A stretch of 64,000 nt of DNA from Lytechinus pictus. Its lineage: Eukaryota. Of this stretch, positions 14,042 to 27,448 are shown piece by piece (positions within the stretch are counted from its first letter, which is position 1; the number at the start of each line of letters is the position of its first letter). Where the stretch lies: assembly GCF_037042905.1 (NCBI RefSeq), contig NC_087262.1, forward strand, positions 5,332,001 through 5,396,000. The letters run 5' to 3'. The notes under the pieces were generated by a model. The model was given only the letters and a program-made list of their open reading frames with translations, did no database searches and was not told the DNA's origin. Made by a program: the position numbers and the translations under genes.

Positions 14042-16447
14042 TATATTTGTCTGCCTATTACGAACCTCAAGTGTTTCCTTGTTTATTAAGGGAATGACGC
14101 AAACATGGTTTACACAAAACACACACTAATACTAACCTGGTTAATGATTCTTCTGTTCTATTGTAACCTTATATGGTAATTTTATCCCAGCTGAAAGTGT
14201 CGCGATTCTGAGCTTGTCGGATAGTTAAGCGAATAATGTATATTTCACAGTCGACATGATATACCGGTCGTGTGAAAAGAAAAATGATTGATGATCACGT
14301 GATTCGATTAGACCAATCAAAACTCCCAATGGTTTTGTGAAGTTTAATAACCTTGTCATCACTTTCACACATTTATGTTTAGTACTCGAGGGATGCAGCA
14401 GTGTGAAAAGCTGGTGACAACGTGTGAAGAAATGTATACATGCATATAAATATATATTTCTAGAAAACAACAAAAATAATATTCATTAAAAATAAAGACC
14501 AGTTTAATCCCCTTCCTTTGGATTTGTTTTCGTTTTTATTTCATTAGTACCCCCCTCCCTTTCTAAACATATATCCATGATGTCTGCCCTCGGTTTTCAC
14601 TGGTGTTATTTTTCTTTAGTTCTATGCTTAACCAGCAATACTCATATGTACCGTAGTAGGTCCGTGTTTGTACACTAATTATTGTATACCATTCAAATCA
14701 GTGGCATGACGAGTCGATCATTTTTATCATGTTGATGGATCTTACTGGTGAAGACGATGCACATTTTTGTAAAAATCTGCGAGCGAGCAAAGCGAGCCAG
14801 CGGACAACAAATTCAACGGAGGTTTAAATTATTATAGGTTCAAATAAATTAAAAAGAAATAAATGAAAAAAAAAAAAGTAAATAGATGGATGAATAAATA
14901 ATGAAATTAATAAACAAATAAATAGATATATAAATGAATGAATAAATAAATTGAAAAAAATGAATGAATAAATAAATAACTTTGAAACTATAACAAAATA
15001 GAACAAACGTACAGTTGAGCGGATATTGGAGAGTTAAACTCATACCAGCAGGCCAGCAGTTCAAACGAATTAGGTTAATAAAAACGTACCATTTTTAGTA
15101 ACGAAAACATTTTTCTGTCAAGAATTGGTGTTTCCGTCGTGAAGTTATGGGAGCGTGAAATATCGAGTAAAAAATAATAAAATGCATTCATCACCTTGCG
15201 TCATCCGGCCGATACCCTCACACGAGTGTTAACACGGAAGGTGTTTTGCGGTGTACAGCTGGTATGTCAGGATTTATTATTAGGCTCGGATCTGTGTCTT
15301 GTGTTTAGATGTTTGTTTGTGTTTTTCCATGTTAGAATATTTGTTACAACCTTTGATGGAAGATTGTGATAACGATTGCCAACAACATCATAGTTGTATC
15401 TTTATTATCTTGTGTCGAACAATTAAAATCGTGTTTAGAACATTGTCTCTTATATATTTCATATTATTTGAAAAGTAATTAGGGCAGTTTTGATGGCAGA
15501 TTTGTATTTCTATAATAAATTGTTTGAAAAAGTGAACTTGCATCGTCTCTATCTTAACCCCCCCCCCCCTAATACAAAATTGAGATGATTTATTTTTGCG
15601 CGCTGTATCACTCCCCTTTCCTGTCGCTTCAATCATCGTTTTGCTCCTCGCCCCTTCTCTCTTCTTAATAGTCACTTACGGTATTTCTTTATTCCAGAGT
15701 TTGTCCGTTGCTTCGTGACCATACTGCCCTAATTTTTTGTTTAATAATAATTCAATAAGTTAAGTGCTCCGTCCGCGGTACAAATGTCAGATATTTATTC
15801 TTCACCATACACCACCTTCAACTCTCTTTCATTCATGTCAATTATTGTATAAGGTCATACGGTACTGAGCAATAATGAAATTCATCGTATTCCGCTTTTA
15901 TTTGAAGGTTATCAGTCCTTTTATATAACGTATGATGTTGAGAAGGGTTGCAGCATTTTCTTTACGCCTGATGGACCAAAGCGATCCCAACCTGTGAAAA
16001 GACATGTGTCGTTTGAAATGTGTGAACAACTGATTTTAACATATGATATGAAAGTAAACGTTATATTCATAGTAATGTCTTGTATAGGCTATGAATGGCG
16101 TATTCTTTATCTTCGCGAAAATAAACAAAGATCAAGGTTCATAGGCCTACTCATTTCTATCAACTAGAGAGGACTACAAAGGCAGAATAACAATTGACAA
16201 TATTCCTGATAATTACCATGCTTACACAATACAAATTTATTTTCTTTTTGACCACAATATCAAATCAAATAAATCCAAACGAATTGAACACTAGGGGGAA
16301 TAAGACGGTGCTTTTTATTTGCAGACGTAAACATGACGAAGAATTTTTTTTTATTCTTTACGATTTCAAATTTCCAGTCGAAATAGAATAATAAAAGTAC
16401 TATGAGTACATCAAAGTGAGGGAAAACATCCGGAGACTAAGGAAATA

Positions 16448-16687
16448 CACTGCAAATATACCGGTGTTGATTTAACATCAGCTCGGTATCTTTGTAGGAA
16501 AACACCAGATAGGTGTTAACAGCATAACTTCGGCTTTTATTTGGGGGTAACACCAGATAGGCATTTAAACAATTAACACTAATCAGTGTTAAACCAATAT
16601 CGGTTTGATCCTTAACTGAATTACACTTCCCTGGTGTTTTCCGATGTACCGGGCTGGTGTTGAATTGACACCGGTGTTTTTGCAGGG
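16448..16687. mobile_element. CACTGCAAA-type MITE
   Basis: CACTGCAAATATACCGGTGT ... ACACCGGTGTTTTGCAGGG, TA flanks, internal AACACC/GGTGTT repeats. Confidence 0.8.
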
Positions 16688-18887
16688 TAAAAATGACCAA
16701 TACGTCATATTGAATTATTTCTATCAGTCTTGATGAAAATTAAAACCAGGATATTTTAGTTGTATGATATTTGGCGAGTCCTGTAGAATTAGCGATGGAA
16801 CTTGTCAGCAGGTCAGTATCCTAAAAAACTAATGTGATGATTTCTTAATGGTTCGACCTGCCAGGACAACATTCTTTTCTCGAAAACTATTACATAGTTA
16901 AATACTAATATTGTCGGATCAGCGAATTATATTGTCAACTGTTTTTTTTTTAAGAACAAATAATAAATTGTCGGCACTTCAAAATGGTAAAATAATGTTG
17001 AACTTTGGGGAGTATCAAAAGGGGTACTATATTTTTTTGTTTTAAATAATGGTAATTATCTGAGTACTATATTTGGTAATTATTTGAGTACTCGTAGTTT
17101 GCCTCGTACGCCCTCTCTCGTCCACTGTTGGTATAATCATGAAAGCAGTCGATGCAAGTTTTCCCCTGTGTCGGTTGATTCCTTCACACACCACTACGCT
17201 CAGGGAACGAAGCAGACGATATTTCTTTTATCCTGCCTACACTGTCGCAGCCGTCCGTCCAGTCGGTGCTCTCAAAACAACTTACTACTATCTTCGGTGA
17301 ATATTCGAAGTGTTAATCATTCTATATCGAGGCATCTTATTTATCTGTACCTTAAGTAATTTGTCACGGACTTAATTGGATTTAAGGGCGTCTAGAAAGG
17401 ACGCTTGAAGCAGTTTTTAGGTGGTTATGTCATCGATGTGAAGAGGTTTATTGCCCAATCTATACAAACTCAGACCGATTAATCTCCGAGTTGTATTGTT
17501 GATGTCTCTCTAGGAATCTTATTTTCCGCTCAGTGTTTTCTTAGGGGATGACTAGCTTGCCAAAGATGTAAAAGTTTGTTTTATGGATTAACGCCGGATC
17601 ATTCAGGATAAATATATGCCTCCCATAATATAGCGGTAAGGATCATGCCTGGATTTGTTGTGATAGTACCACACGTGCAGTAGTCCTATTCAGACCACGG
17701 ACATGACGGACCTGTTATAATATTCAGCCATATCAATGGGGCATGAAATTCAAAAGAGAAAACTATTCAAATTTACCGAATTTAATGTTCAATGGATAAG
17801 AAACTAGTATTACAGCTCTTTAAAACTTACTATATCAATTCGGTATTTATGAATGAGCCCAATTTGATATTTTGACCTCTCAAGCTACCGACGGTTTTAC
17901 TAATCAACTTTTTTAAATTTTCATATATTAACATTAACTCGCATTGTTTTCTTACCAAGGGTTGTGTCATAACTCCATTGGACTGACTATAGTGCCTGTC
18001 GGAAATTATCTGATGAAATCGAACTTCATACTTGGATGCATACTCTTAGTTTCTTGTTTTCCTAAGACCCTTTTCATAGGAATCGCATTTAAAACGATCA
18101 AGGACGGTCAGAAATCAGACAATCTATATACTATTTTGATCGTGATTACCGCTTTTCACACATTCATGTCAGATAATCGCACTCGATTTCGCGCCAGGAA
18201 TTGGAAAATAAGGAGCCGCGTCGATGTGATTGCAGTTCGTTCTCTTCAAGACGCGCCTCTCTCATCCTCCCATTCCCAACAGAGTGGTGGAGTCTATTAC
18301 AGATTGTTTTAAAATCGGCTTCTGCTGGTTCATTCCTCAAGACAGACTGGGAGAAGCGCTGATCATCAACAAGGTTCATCGCCCTTCCCTTTTCTACTCT
18401 TGAAGATTTCAGATAAACCTTTCGGTTTACACGAGATAATACGTTTCATTCATTTCTCGTATATTCGCAGGATGATGCCACGCTTGTCATGGCGGTGTAT
18501 TATTCGATTTATGCGATAAGGAGATAAGTAAGGAGTCGAGTTTTAAGGTAATCCTGTTTCTGTTTAGGTGATAAAACGAAGGAATCATCTATCCGAAAAT
18601 CATACTGTGTGATCTTGATTAATTTCAAGTTTTCGTCCTGTCTTACGAAGTTGTCTTATTCTTTCAAGGTTGTCCGCAAGCAGGCAATCGTGCGCTTGCA
18701 AAAATATTTTATTGAAACATCAAATAGAATCATATCTATGATTGAATTTCGTCGGAGTAAACTTTGACGAGTTCAATGGCCACTGGAACCATACCTTTGG
18801 AATATACATATGGAATATAATCATTAGTTTACCGACTAAAGCGACCTCCTCTGCGCATCCCTGGACCATCTTGACACCTTCAGCAAT

Positions 18888-18940
18888 TGCGTCACTTGCC
18901 GACCAACCACCAACCAACCAACCCCGCCCCTGTACCAATC
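18888..18940 (+). promoter_or_regulatory. Candidate proximal promoter motifs upstream of the PKG exon
   Basis: TGCGTCA (CRE-like, 18888), CCCCGCCCC GC box (18922) and CCAAT (18935). Short motifs only. Confidence 0.3.
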
Positions 18941-18990
18941 ACACTCCGGGCTTCCAGATGCACCTGGACACCATACCTCAAGCCACGGCC

Positions 18991-19268
18991 ATGGCGACAC
19001 TACGCGACCTCCAGTTCGCCCTGCAGGAGAAGATCGAAGAGCTTCGACAACGGGACGAGCTCATCGACGAGCTCGAACTCGAGCTCGACGAGAAGGATGT
19101 TATCATCCAGAGACTACAGAATGAACTTGATAAGTACCGATCAGTGATCCGTCCGGCAACCAAGCATGTCATGCAAAGATCGAAACAGAAAAGATTAGGA
19201 ATATCCGCCGAATCTGGTGGCGATCTTCCAGATACTGCAGAACTTAAAGTCATACCAAAGTCACAAAG
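18991..19268 (+). CDS. PRKG1: cGMP-dependent protein kinase I, first coding exon (Ibeta-type leucine zipper and autoinhibitory segment)
   Basis: [57 protein letters not shown] closely matches the vertebrate PKG Ibeta N-terminus. Also: pseudosubstrate KRLGISAE, Kozak GCCATGG, donor AG|GTAAGT after 19268 (phase 2), in-frame upstream ATG at 18958. Confidence 0.93.
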
Positions 19269-19905
19269 GTAAGTTAATCATATTTTTTTCCTCTCATCCA
19301 CCCATTCCAGCAAAACTGCACCTTCCGAAACCCCTTTATTTTACATTGCTATATTATCAAGCAACTTGGAATAGTCTCTTGATAGTTTGTCGTACAATCA
19401 AGATGATTCTTGTTACTTTTGCAGTATCTGTAATTCGTTGTTACAAAATTACGACATTTTCAGCGAATAATACAACTCTTATTATGCTGTACATCAAATT
19501 GCTTCTGCCTGAGAAAGGGAAACAATGTACATTTATTTCACTAGAAAGAAGGCATTACCAGATCCCGGAATAGTCTGATGTGCAAACTTTTCACTCCAGT
19601 TATCAAGTGGTCTGAATACGCAGCCTACAATGTATTGTGTACTGAAGGCCCTTCAATTGAAACAGCAAGTGTTATATGGGCTAGTCCTGCGTGAAGACCC
19701 ACTTGTTGATCAAAGTTTCAATCAAGGTCTGTGGCTGCAGACAACCCCCTGAATACTTCCCAGCTGTTTGCAAAGTTTTAGCCCTGCTAAACAATCGACT
19801 TAATTTTTTTTCAAAAATCATCAAAGTCCTTTCGATAAAGATGACAAGGTACTCTATTCTACAGTGCTCTATTTATCAAAGTCTTGACGTTTTAAGTAAA
19901 ACTCT

Positions 19906-20077
19906 GGGCCTTTTCACACGTGAATCTTGAATCATCAATGTAATTGTGATTGCAGGCGTTCGTAATTCTACTCATGCTCTAGGTTGGTTTCACATGTGCT
20001 AGAAATTCGTTATTAGCCTTATTTTTCACTGAATCGTCATTCAAATTACGATTTTTTTTAATCTTGTGAAAGGGCAG
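19906..20077 (-). mobile_element. Harbinger-like MITE, inverted copy of the 13843 family
   Basis: GGGCCTTTTCACACGTG ... GTGAAAGGGCAG. Confidence 0.8.
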
Positions 20078-20199
20078 TTAGAGGCGTGATTACAATCATA
20101 GATTATTTGCGTTCATCTGCAGATTCCAAGTGAAAACCATGGGGATTTGCTGAACATTTAGGTTTGATTCATTGGAGGATCTGTTCTACCACGTCTTTT

Positions 20200-20398
20200 G
20201 GCCTTTTCACACGTGAATCTTGAATCATCATTGTAATGATGATTGCTATTGTAATCGTGACTGTGATTAGTGTATGTGATTCTAATCATGTTCTAGTGTG
20301 GTTTAACACGTGCTAAATATTAGTCATTACTCATTAGCCTTATTTTTCACTGGAATCATCCTTCAAATTGCGATTTCTTTTGCCATGTGAAAGGGCGA
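20200..20398 (-). mobile_element. Harbinger-like MITE, second inverted copy of the 13843 family
   Basis: GGCCTTTTCACACGTG ... GTGAAAGGGCG. Confidence 0.8.
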
Positions 20399-20514
20399 TT
20401 TGAAAGGTTACACATAATTTATGGCTTAAAAGAGTGTTCATTCATTCATTCATTCGCAACTCGACATTTTCTATAATAAGGTAAATAAATGTCTTATGAT
20501 ACATAGTACCTAGT

Positions 20515-20680
20515 GGGTGCGTCGTGGTCTAGTAGTTCTGACTCTCGTCTTTAAAACAGAGGGTCTTGGGTTCGAATCACAGCACCAGAATCGGTAGACT
20601 AGCTTAACCGGGGTTAATATAGGAGCGACTTGAGCACCTAGCAAGGTGGATACATGCGCTATGCAAATCCTATATTATTC
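20515..20680 (+). mobile_element. tRNA-derived SINE, internally deleted
   Basis: TGGTCTAGTAG A box, GGTTCGAATC B box, GCGCTATGCAAAT...TATTATT tail. Confidence 0.7.
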
Positions 20681-21533
20681 ATTTATTTTGTTATTTCGTT
20701 ATCGTACATGGATATGATAATCTCGTGATTTCGAGAACCAAACAGTGTTCCAGTTTCATAAATCAATATTTCCTATGTTTAAAATTAGTCCCACAAAAAA
20801 TGAAATCCGTTATCAGAAATTGATTTCACAATTAGTAAATATGTTTTTACTATTAATAAATTTGATTTTTATGGCAAGAGTTGAATCTCATCTCTAATAT
20901 GAAACCAACAACTTAGCAAGTCTTTGACGCATGGCAGATTACAAAAAATAAATACTGAGGCATATTAGAAACGATTTGCGCAGAAATTCACGTGCGAATC
21001 TGAATCCTTTCTCATTTTCAGGATCAGTGACAGTATCTTAATAGAAATGCTAGTGAGCCAATCGGCGAATAAGCACGTTCGTCGTGTCACGAACCAATCT
21101 TGTCCAATTTTTCTGCACAACCTGGTTTTGGCATTAAAATTTCAAACTCGTTTTGCGCATTAATGCGTGAAGTGTTCGTCACATATTAGGTATCAAAATA
21201 AAGTGGAATAATTGAATTATATGATTATGTAAATTAGATATCATAATTCATTTGCCTTTGAAGAATAAAGACATTGGAATCTCGGTTTCCCTTTTTTGGA
21301 CGCACTGTATTCTTTTATTCATTGTGTTATTTTCAATTGCTCTTCGTGTTTTTTTTAGTTAGTTATTTTGGGGATGGGCCTATCGGAAAAAGTAGTTTTC
21401 TCCTTAGTTATGGAGGGAAACAACATCGTAAGTTGGTCCGAGGTATTTATAGTCATACTTCTTGAAGAAGTTGGGAGTGTCTCTCAAGAAAACGTTCTTA
21501 TAATTATGATTAGGGGGTGTCCACACCGCGGCG

Positions 21534-21805
21534 CACGACGAATTCAAGAACACGGTAAATGTTTCGAAAAGGCACGTCAAATTGGCTAAGAATAGCTGGG
21601 AGGTCTTTGTCGAAAATCGGTGAACAGGAACAGCTGTTTCGTCCTAAGTGTCGGAGCTGACGAAAAATTGCAAACATATCGTTGGTCCAGAGTCCAGGTC
21701 GAAACTGCCTTTTTGATTCACCAGTTCTTGACAAAGACTTCTTGGTTGTTTGTTGTCATGAGAGGCATTTGACAATACTTTTTCTACGTTCTTGAATCCG
21801 TCCTG
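21534..21805. mobile_element. MITE with CAGGACGGATTCAAGAAC-type TIR
   Basis: CACGACGAATTCAAGAAC / GTTCTTGAATCCGTCCTG; inverted homolog at 27449. Confidence 0.75.
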
Positions 21806-22542
21806 AATCATGAAGCAAAAATTGCAAGAGAGCGAAATAGACGTGTAAGAGTTGAATTTTATTTCATTTATAACCGGCATGACCAGTAGATATTTTAAAC
21901 CCACTATCTTCAATCATTGCATTTCTTTCTGTTCTAATTATATATGTGAAAAGGGAACAATTAACACAAGAGAATTAAGACAAGTTCGTTAAAGGAAATA
22001 AAATCAAAGACGCTCTTAGAAGGCTTACTGCTACGCTTTTATCTTCGCATTGATCATTATAATGACTAATCGCAGATTTCTATTGAGATATCCAGAATTT
22101 TCAGAAATATATTTCGCTCACTTTTTTTCTGATACTAATCTTCCTTTCTCAGTCACACGCCCCGACGCTCATGCCACTTGCAATGACAGGATTCCATGTC
22201 ATGTTATACTATTAATCTGCTTCTTGTTTGATGGACACAAATGAACACTCATTAGTGTAAGGTGGCTTGTTATTTTCGACAGCAAATGTCTTTGTTACTG
22301 ATTACCTTATGTTGTCTTGCGTGCAAGGGAATAGTTTATGACGTCACCTACCATACTCCTATTACATAATGCCACTAATTTTGTTACTGAATAGGAACAA
22401 ACCCTGCAATTACGAGTCTTTATTTGCTTTGCCAATATCCATGTGCGAAAATGCCCGATATCACTTCACTTTCTCAACGTAGTGAGCTTTAAATTTCACC
22501 ACATATTTAGCCAATGATGCGGAATCTTCTCTCGATCCCTTG

Positions 22543-22780
22543 CACTCTACATTCCAATGATTTAAAGTAAATCCAGATCGACTATGACTCGTGACCAGCC
22601 GTACATATTGGATTTAATTATAATATTAAGGATTAACATTTAAATATAAAAAGATTCAAATCAAATCTTTTAGCTTTATATTTAAATACACTATGCTTTC
22701 AATATTCGACTGGTCGCTATTCACAGCCGATCTGGATTTATTTTGAATCCTTTTTATTTATTTCAAATCCTTGGTATTTA
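22543..22780. mobile_element. Degraded palindromic MITE
   Basis: TAAATCCAGATCG...GACCAG / CTGGTC...CGATCTGGATTTA arms; CACTCT left end. Confidence 0.55.
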
Positions 22781-23829
22781 AAAAATATATATTTTAGCTC
22801 TCCTCATTCATGCGCAATAAGGCTGATTTTTCCAAATTTGAAAAACAATAATCAGATTTCGTGTTTATGGTAGAGAAACCTGAAGGTAAATTTTCTTGTC
22901 CGACGAATGTTGAGTGAGACAAATTATTTGTTTTATCTGCCAATATGGGTATGATGGACAGTGATAGATGAATAGATTTTCAGGAGAGTTACAAAACGAG
23001 CCATTATATGTGCAATGCCACGCCCTCCCCCCTCGGGGACAGGTCACATTACCGTGGACTTTGCGAAAATTTGTCGACAATGTGACGACTTTGCAATAGT
23101 TAAGACCACGGACTTTGCAGCGTTTGCTCGCCATCTTTTCCCCTTTTGGTCGACACATTGATTATACATGATCAAATAAAATTCGTCAGATCGCGAAAGC
23201 TTGCGATCAAACCACTGACTTTATAAGGTCGACAAATCAGTTTCCACCAATCAATTTGAGGGTCCTCATAGTCTAAATCAGAAAACCATTGAAGGTCATT
23301 TTCGTAAAGTAATGCAGCTCTTAAAAATGCACATTATATACGACTAAAGCATAAATTTACAATTTGTGGAAAAAGATGTGAATTATCGGTGTTAGTTTTT
23401 ACTATTGCCCGACTGCGAATAGGTCTTTCAGATACCCGTTAAGTTATCAACTCGATTCAAAGGGCAGGAGAAATGTCATGGACAATTTGATGATGGAGTG
23501 TATAGCGGAATATAATCTTTATAAAAAGGTATGTTAACGAGGAAATGACTGTAGCTGTAAGAAAGGCGACACAGGTGATTTTTCGTCGTATGTGTTGTAA
23601 GTTCCATGTAGGAAATGTGTGTTCACACACGCCTCCATGGATGTGTTCACATTGTTTTAATGGATGACCAGGGGCCTGTTTCAGAAAGCTTGTTATAATA
23701 ACAAATTTGCAATAACAGTTAAAAGCTACTGAAATCCTTCAATTTGATTGGCTGATAGTAAATCAGTGAAAGAAATCGTGCATCACAGTAACACATTCCT
23801 TCAGAGGATTGTTCAGACATTGGTATACA

Positions 23830-23968
23830 TAGATCGGACCAAACAGTCCTTGCTTTGGTAAGGCATTTATCTTCATTACCAGTTCCCTCGGAGAGGACCT
23901 TAAGCTGTCGGTCCTCCGGTTGCTTGCTTACATGCATTCATGCTTTCTTAGAAATCAGGTAAAAAAAA
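23830..23968 (+). mobile_element. SINE fragment (different family)
   Basis: GGAGAGGACCTTAAGCTGTCGGTCC central-domain-like motif and an A-rich end. Confidence 0.4.
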
Positions 23969-24027
23969 TCAACTTTATATTTAGAGGATTATGAGTGTTT
24001 TTTCCTTTAATTATGACTATTTTTTTA

Positions 24028-24403
24028 CACTGCAAAACACCAGTTTTTATTTAACACCAGCCCAACAGCTTTATAGGTAAACACCCAAGAAGAGTTGAAA
24101 CAACACCGGCTTTGGGTTAACACCGGATAGGTATTTAAGCATCACCAGTCAGTGTTAAAAAAATAGGGTTTTAAGGATTACACTTGACTCTCTAACCTCC
24201 ACTTTCTAGCCTTTCCATTTCACTTCTATATCTGTTCACTTTACTTAGACATGATAGACCTTGCCTTTCAACATGGTGTAGCGTAAACCACTCCCACGAA
24301 CAACGGTTCGATTCTTAACTGCATTGTTTCAACACTTTTCTTACTAGTGTTTCCCTGTATTTTACCGGCCTTGTGTCAGATTCACACTAGCGTTTCTGCA
24401 GTG
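24028..24403. mobile_element. CACTGCAAA-type MITE with extra internal sequence
   Basis: CACTGCAAAAC ... GTTTCTGCAGTG, TA flanks. Confidence 0.7.
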
Positions 24404-25425
24404 TATAAGTCTATATGTCATAAAGTAATGTTAGAATACAGTTTATCGATGTATTGGATAAAGGTGAACACGTCATCGTGTTCATTGCAGCATTAAACTC
24501 GTCTGTGACGCCAGTTGAGTACACTCAAACGTCATGATGAACCACATCTAGGGACTCGGAATAAGGCATTTTAAATTCCGTCGATAATTCGAGAAGTCGT
24601 CCCTAATGATTTATTTGTGTAAAAATGCATTTATATTTACGCCATGCTCAACCAAAAAAAAATCATTCATTATATGAGGCTTAATTGACATTTTCATTCG
24701 TAGTCTGCTGAAATTATTAACTTTGCTAGAAAAGTATTTCCGATTTGTTTGTTGAGGGTAAGAACTTTCATGTCAGCCTAACTATGAATAGTGCGTGGGA
24801 GAAATTAGTGGGAACTTTTTAGTATAGAGTGACGCATTAGCTATTTATTATAAGATTAATACTACGAGATATATTTAGTTGAGACAACCTTCAACAGGCC
24901 GTATATATATATGTATATATATATATATATGAATTGTGGGTTTGTTTAATGAAAACAAAAACAACGGTAATAACTTTTATAGAACATATTGTACTATAGT
25001 GTCATGTGAACTTGTAGTTATTTAACATGTGTTAAAAGTTTAAACAGCAATGTTAAAATCTCAAGTTATGTATATTTTGAACGTTGCTGTTTAAATCTCC
25101 AAACCTTTGTTTCAAATGTAAACAATATATTATTTCATTTTGTAAACGTGTGCGCTTTTACTTTGCATACAGTGCCTATTCATATTAATGACGCCACTTC
25201 ACAATTTTTAATGACTAGTATTATCGTTTAAATCAAAGTATTTATATACCCATTTCAGGCGTTGCATCCCGAAATTATATCTAACAAAATAAATAATGAC
25301 ATGATTTTGGCAAAGCTTATTACGGTAATACCGGGTATTATAAATCGGTATGTAGCAAGGATGTGAAACGGGGCCCCATTCACAACAATTATATGACCTA
25401 AACTGATTTGGCTTCGTTGAATGTG

Positions 25426-25459
25426 CATATATGCATATACATACATATATATATATACA

Positions 25460-25509
<50 letters not shown>

Positions 25510-25519
25510 CATGATATAT
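25426..25519. repeat. (TA)n microsatellite
   Basis: Direct inspection. Confidence 0.95.
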
Positions 25520-26279
25520 AAACAGATTTTATAGCATACACAATAGACAGTTTTCTGCTGCAACCCCGTGTTGATTTTATGCCTAGGACTTATTGTTATT
25601 TTCAAGGAAAGGGCCATGCAGTTATAACTAGAAACTGTTTGATGAGTGAATGAATCTCACAAATGGATAATACAAACAGGTGCGCTCGGGAGTGGGAATC
25701 TTCTTTATGAAATCCGTAAAACTGTCCAAGGATTTAGTAACATAGATCTATGCTGAAGGAAAATCGTAATAAAAACAGAGGCCATTAAAATAAGCTGGAA
25801 GAGAGATTATACACCCACTTTTGAAATGTTTTTTTTAGGTTCCTTGAGAAGAAATAATAGATTCCTGATATAGACCTATGTACGATTACGAAATAAATTA
25901 TATCATATACCCATTAAAAATTCCTAACCAAAGTAGGTTTTTTTTTAAAGATGACATTGAAGTGCAAAAATAATTTGGTAGAATATGGGTAATTTCTTAC
26001 AAACTGGTTAACATAAAAACATGGCATCCAATCTTAAGACATTTTTTTTCAAGCAGCAATTTATGCACGTGCCCACATGTACTTATCTGCGTTGGTGAAT
26101 TCCAGATTACTCTCTTCTTTATTGTAAAACGTCTGCTTTACCTAAACCAGGGAACTCCCACTTCCCTGCCTAAACCGTGTCAGAACTTGCAAGATTTTGT
26201 TTTAATTTTTAACATAAAAGAATTAATTTGTAATACTTTCTCTCAAAGGTTCTACAGAGACAACGTGAGTTTGGCTTTA

Positions 26280-27126
26280 AACATAAATACGGTTGCGGTA
26301 ACAATCTAAAAAAAAATTCAAACACAGTCCAATAATATGGCTACCAAAGAGTTTGTATTGTATGAATACATGAAAATAAATCTTTGTCAAATGAGTCTGG
26401 TAGAAAATCTGTAATCACTGAAAATTTGATCAAATAACTATGTCATTTCAGCCAGGTGTCGGATTTTTTTTTTCCAAGCAATAATGAAACTGTCCCATAT
26501 GCGTTTGTCTGTGTTGGTGATCTTCAGCGTGGTCTTTTTTTCACCAGTAGATTTATTGATTTCACAGAGTAAGGTTTCTGTGAATGAGCCAGATCTAGAT
26601 CCATTATGGTGACAATATAACCTTAATTTTAAAGGTAAAGGAAAGTAGTGACAGCAAACAATTGTTTCATTAGAAAGTCTATATATTTTATAAGGTTATG
26701 CCACCATATAACGGTAGATCTGGATCTGTTACATTGAAATAAACTTACCTTTGTGAAATTATGAAGTCTTCGATGAAAACCGATCACTCATGATCACTAA
26801 CACAAAAAGGCATGTTTGGGACAGTGTATTAATATTGTTTGGAACAATGCTCGACATTTTATGGCATTACGTGCTTATTTCCCTCATTTCTCAGCAATAA
26901 TTGGTGGTCATTTTATTGGATTCTGTTCGAACTCATTTTAAGATCGTTACCTGGGCACCGTAACACAAAGATTAGCGATCAATCGCTAAATGAATTGACC
27001 TATCATGATCATCGTTGCATGCGCATTTTGCTCAGTAGACTGTCTAGGAACCAATCAGAATGCTCTTTCATTTAAGCGATTAATCGCTAACCTTTGTGTA
27101 ACGGGACCGGAACTGGTATGTATCTT
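26280..27126. mobile_element. Two adjacent, oppositely oriented copies of the 11872 Kolobok-like family
   Basis: 26280-26628 matches the family in reverse; 26632-27126 matches in forward orientation and ends TATCT|TTAA. Confidence 0.6.
26953..27108. mobile_element. Harbinger-like MITE nested in the Kolobok-like copy
   Basis: ACACAAAGATTAGCGATCAATCGCT / AGCGATTAATCGCTAACCTTTGTGT arms; the empty site is seen in the 11872 copy (GATCGTTACCACAACTGG). Confidence 0.75.
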
Positions 27127-27448
27127 TAAATACATAGGATCATGGGTTGCTGCAACTACCGGTATAGGAAGCTTAGCTTTAATAGAAAAACCTCAGGTTA
27201 TGCATTTACTCTGCCACTTATCTTCCGTACATTGGCTGACAGCTGGGAGTAAACAGAGTTTCTCACAAATGTTGACATTGTAATATATCTTATCCACCTG
27301 TGCACAGTTTGTACGCCAATACTCCAATTCGCATCGCAGGGTGAAGTTCAAAATGGAAGATAAATGAGGCGATAGTGGAATGGGAAGTTGAAGAGGATAC
27401 GACCGTGTGTCCTTTTCAAGCCATTAGGGGGAGGGTCTATTTACGACG

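Noticed and set aside
18742-18957. Upstream extension of the 176-aa ORF
   Set aside because: Non-ATG start and no similarity to PKG; probably UTR or promoter that is open by chance.
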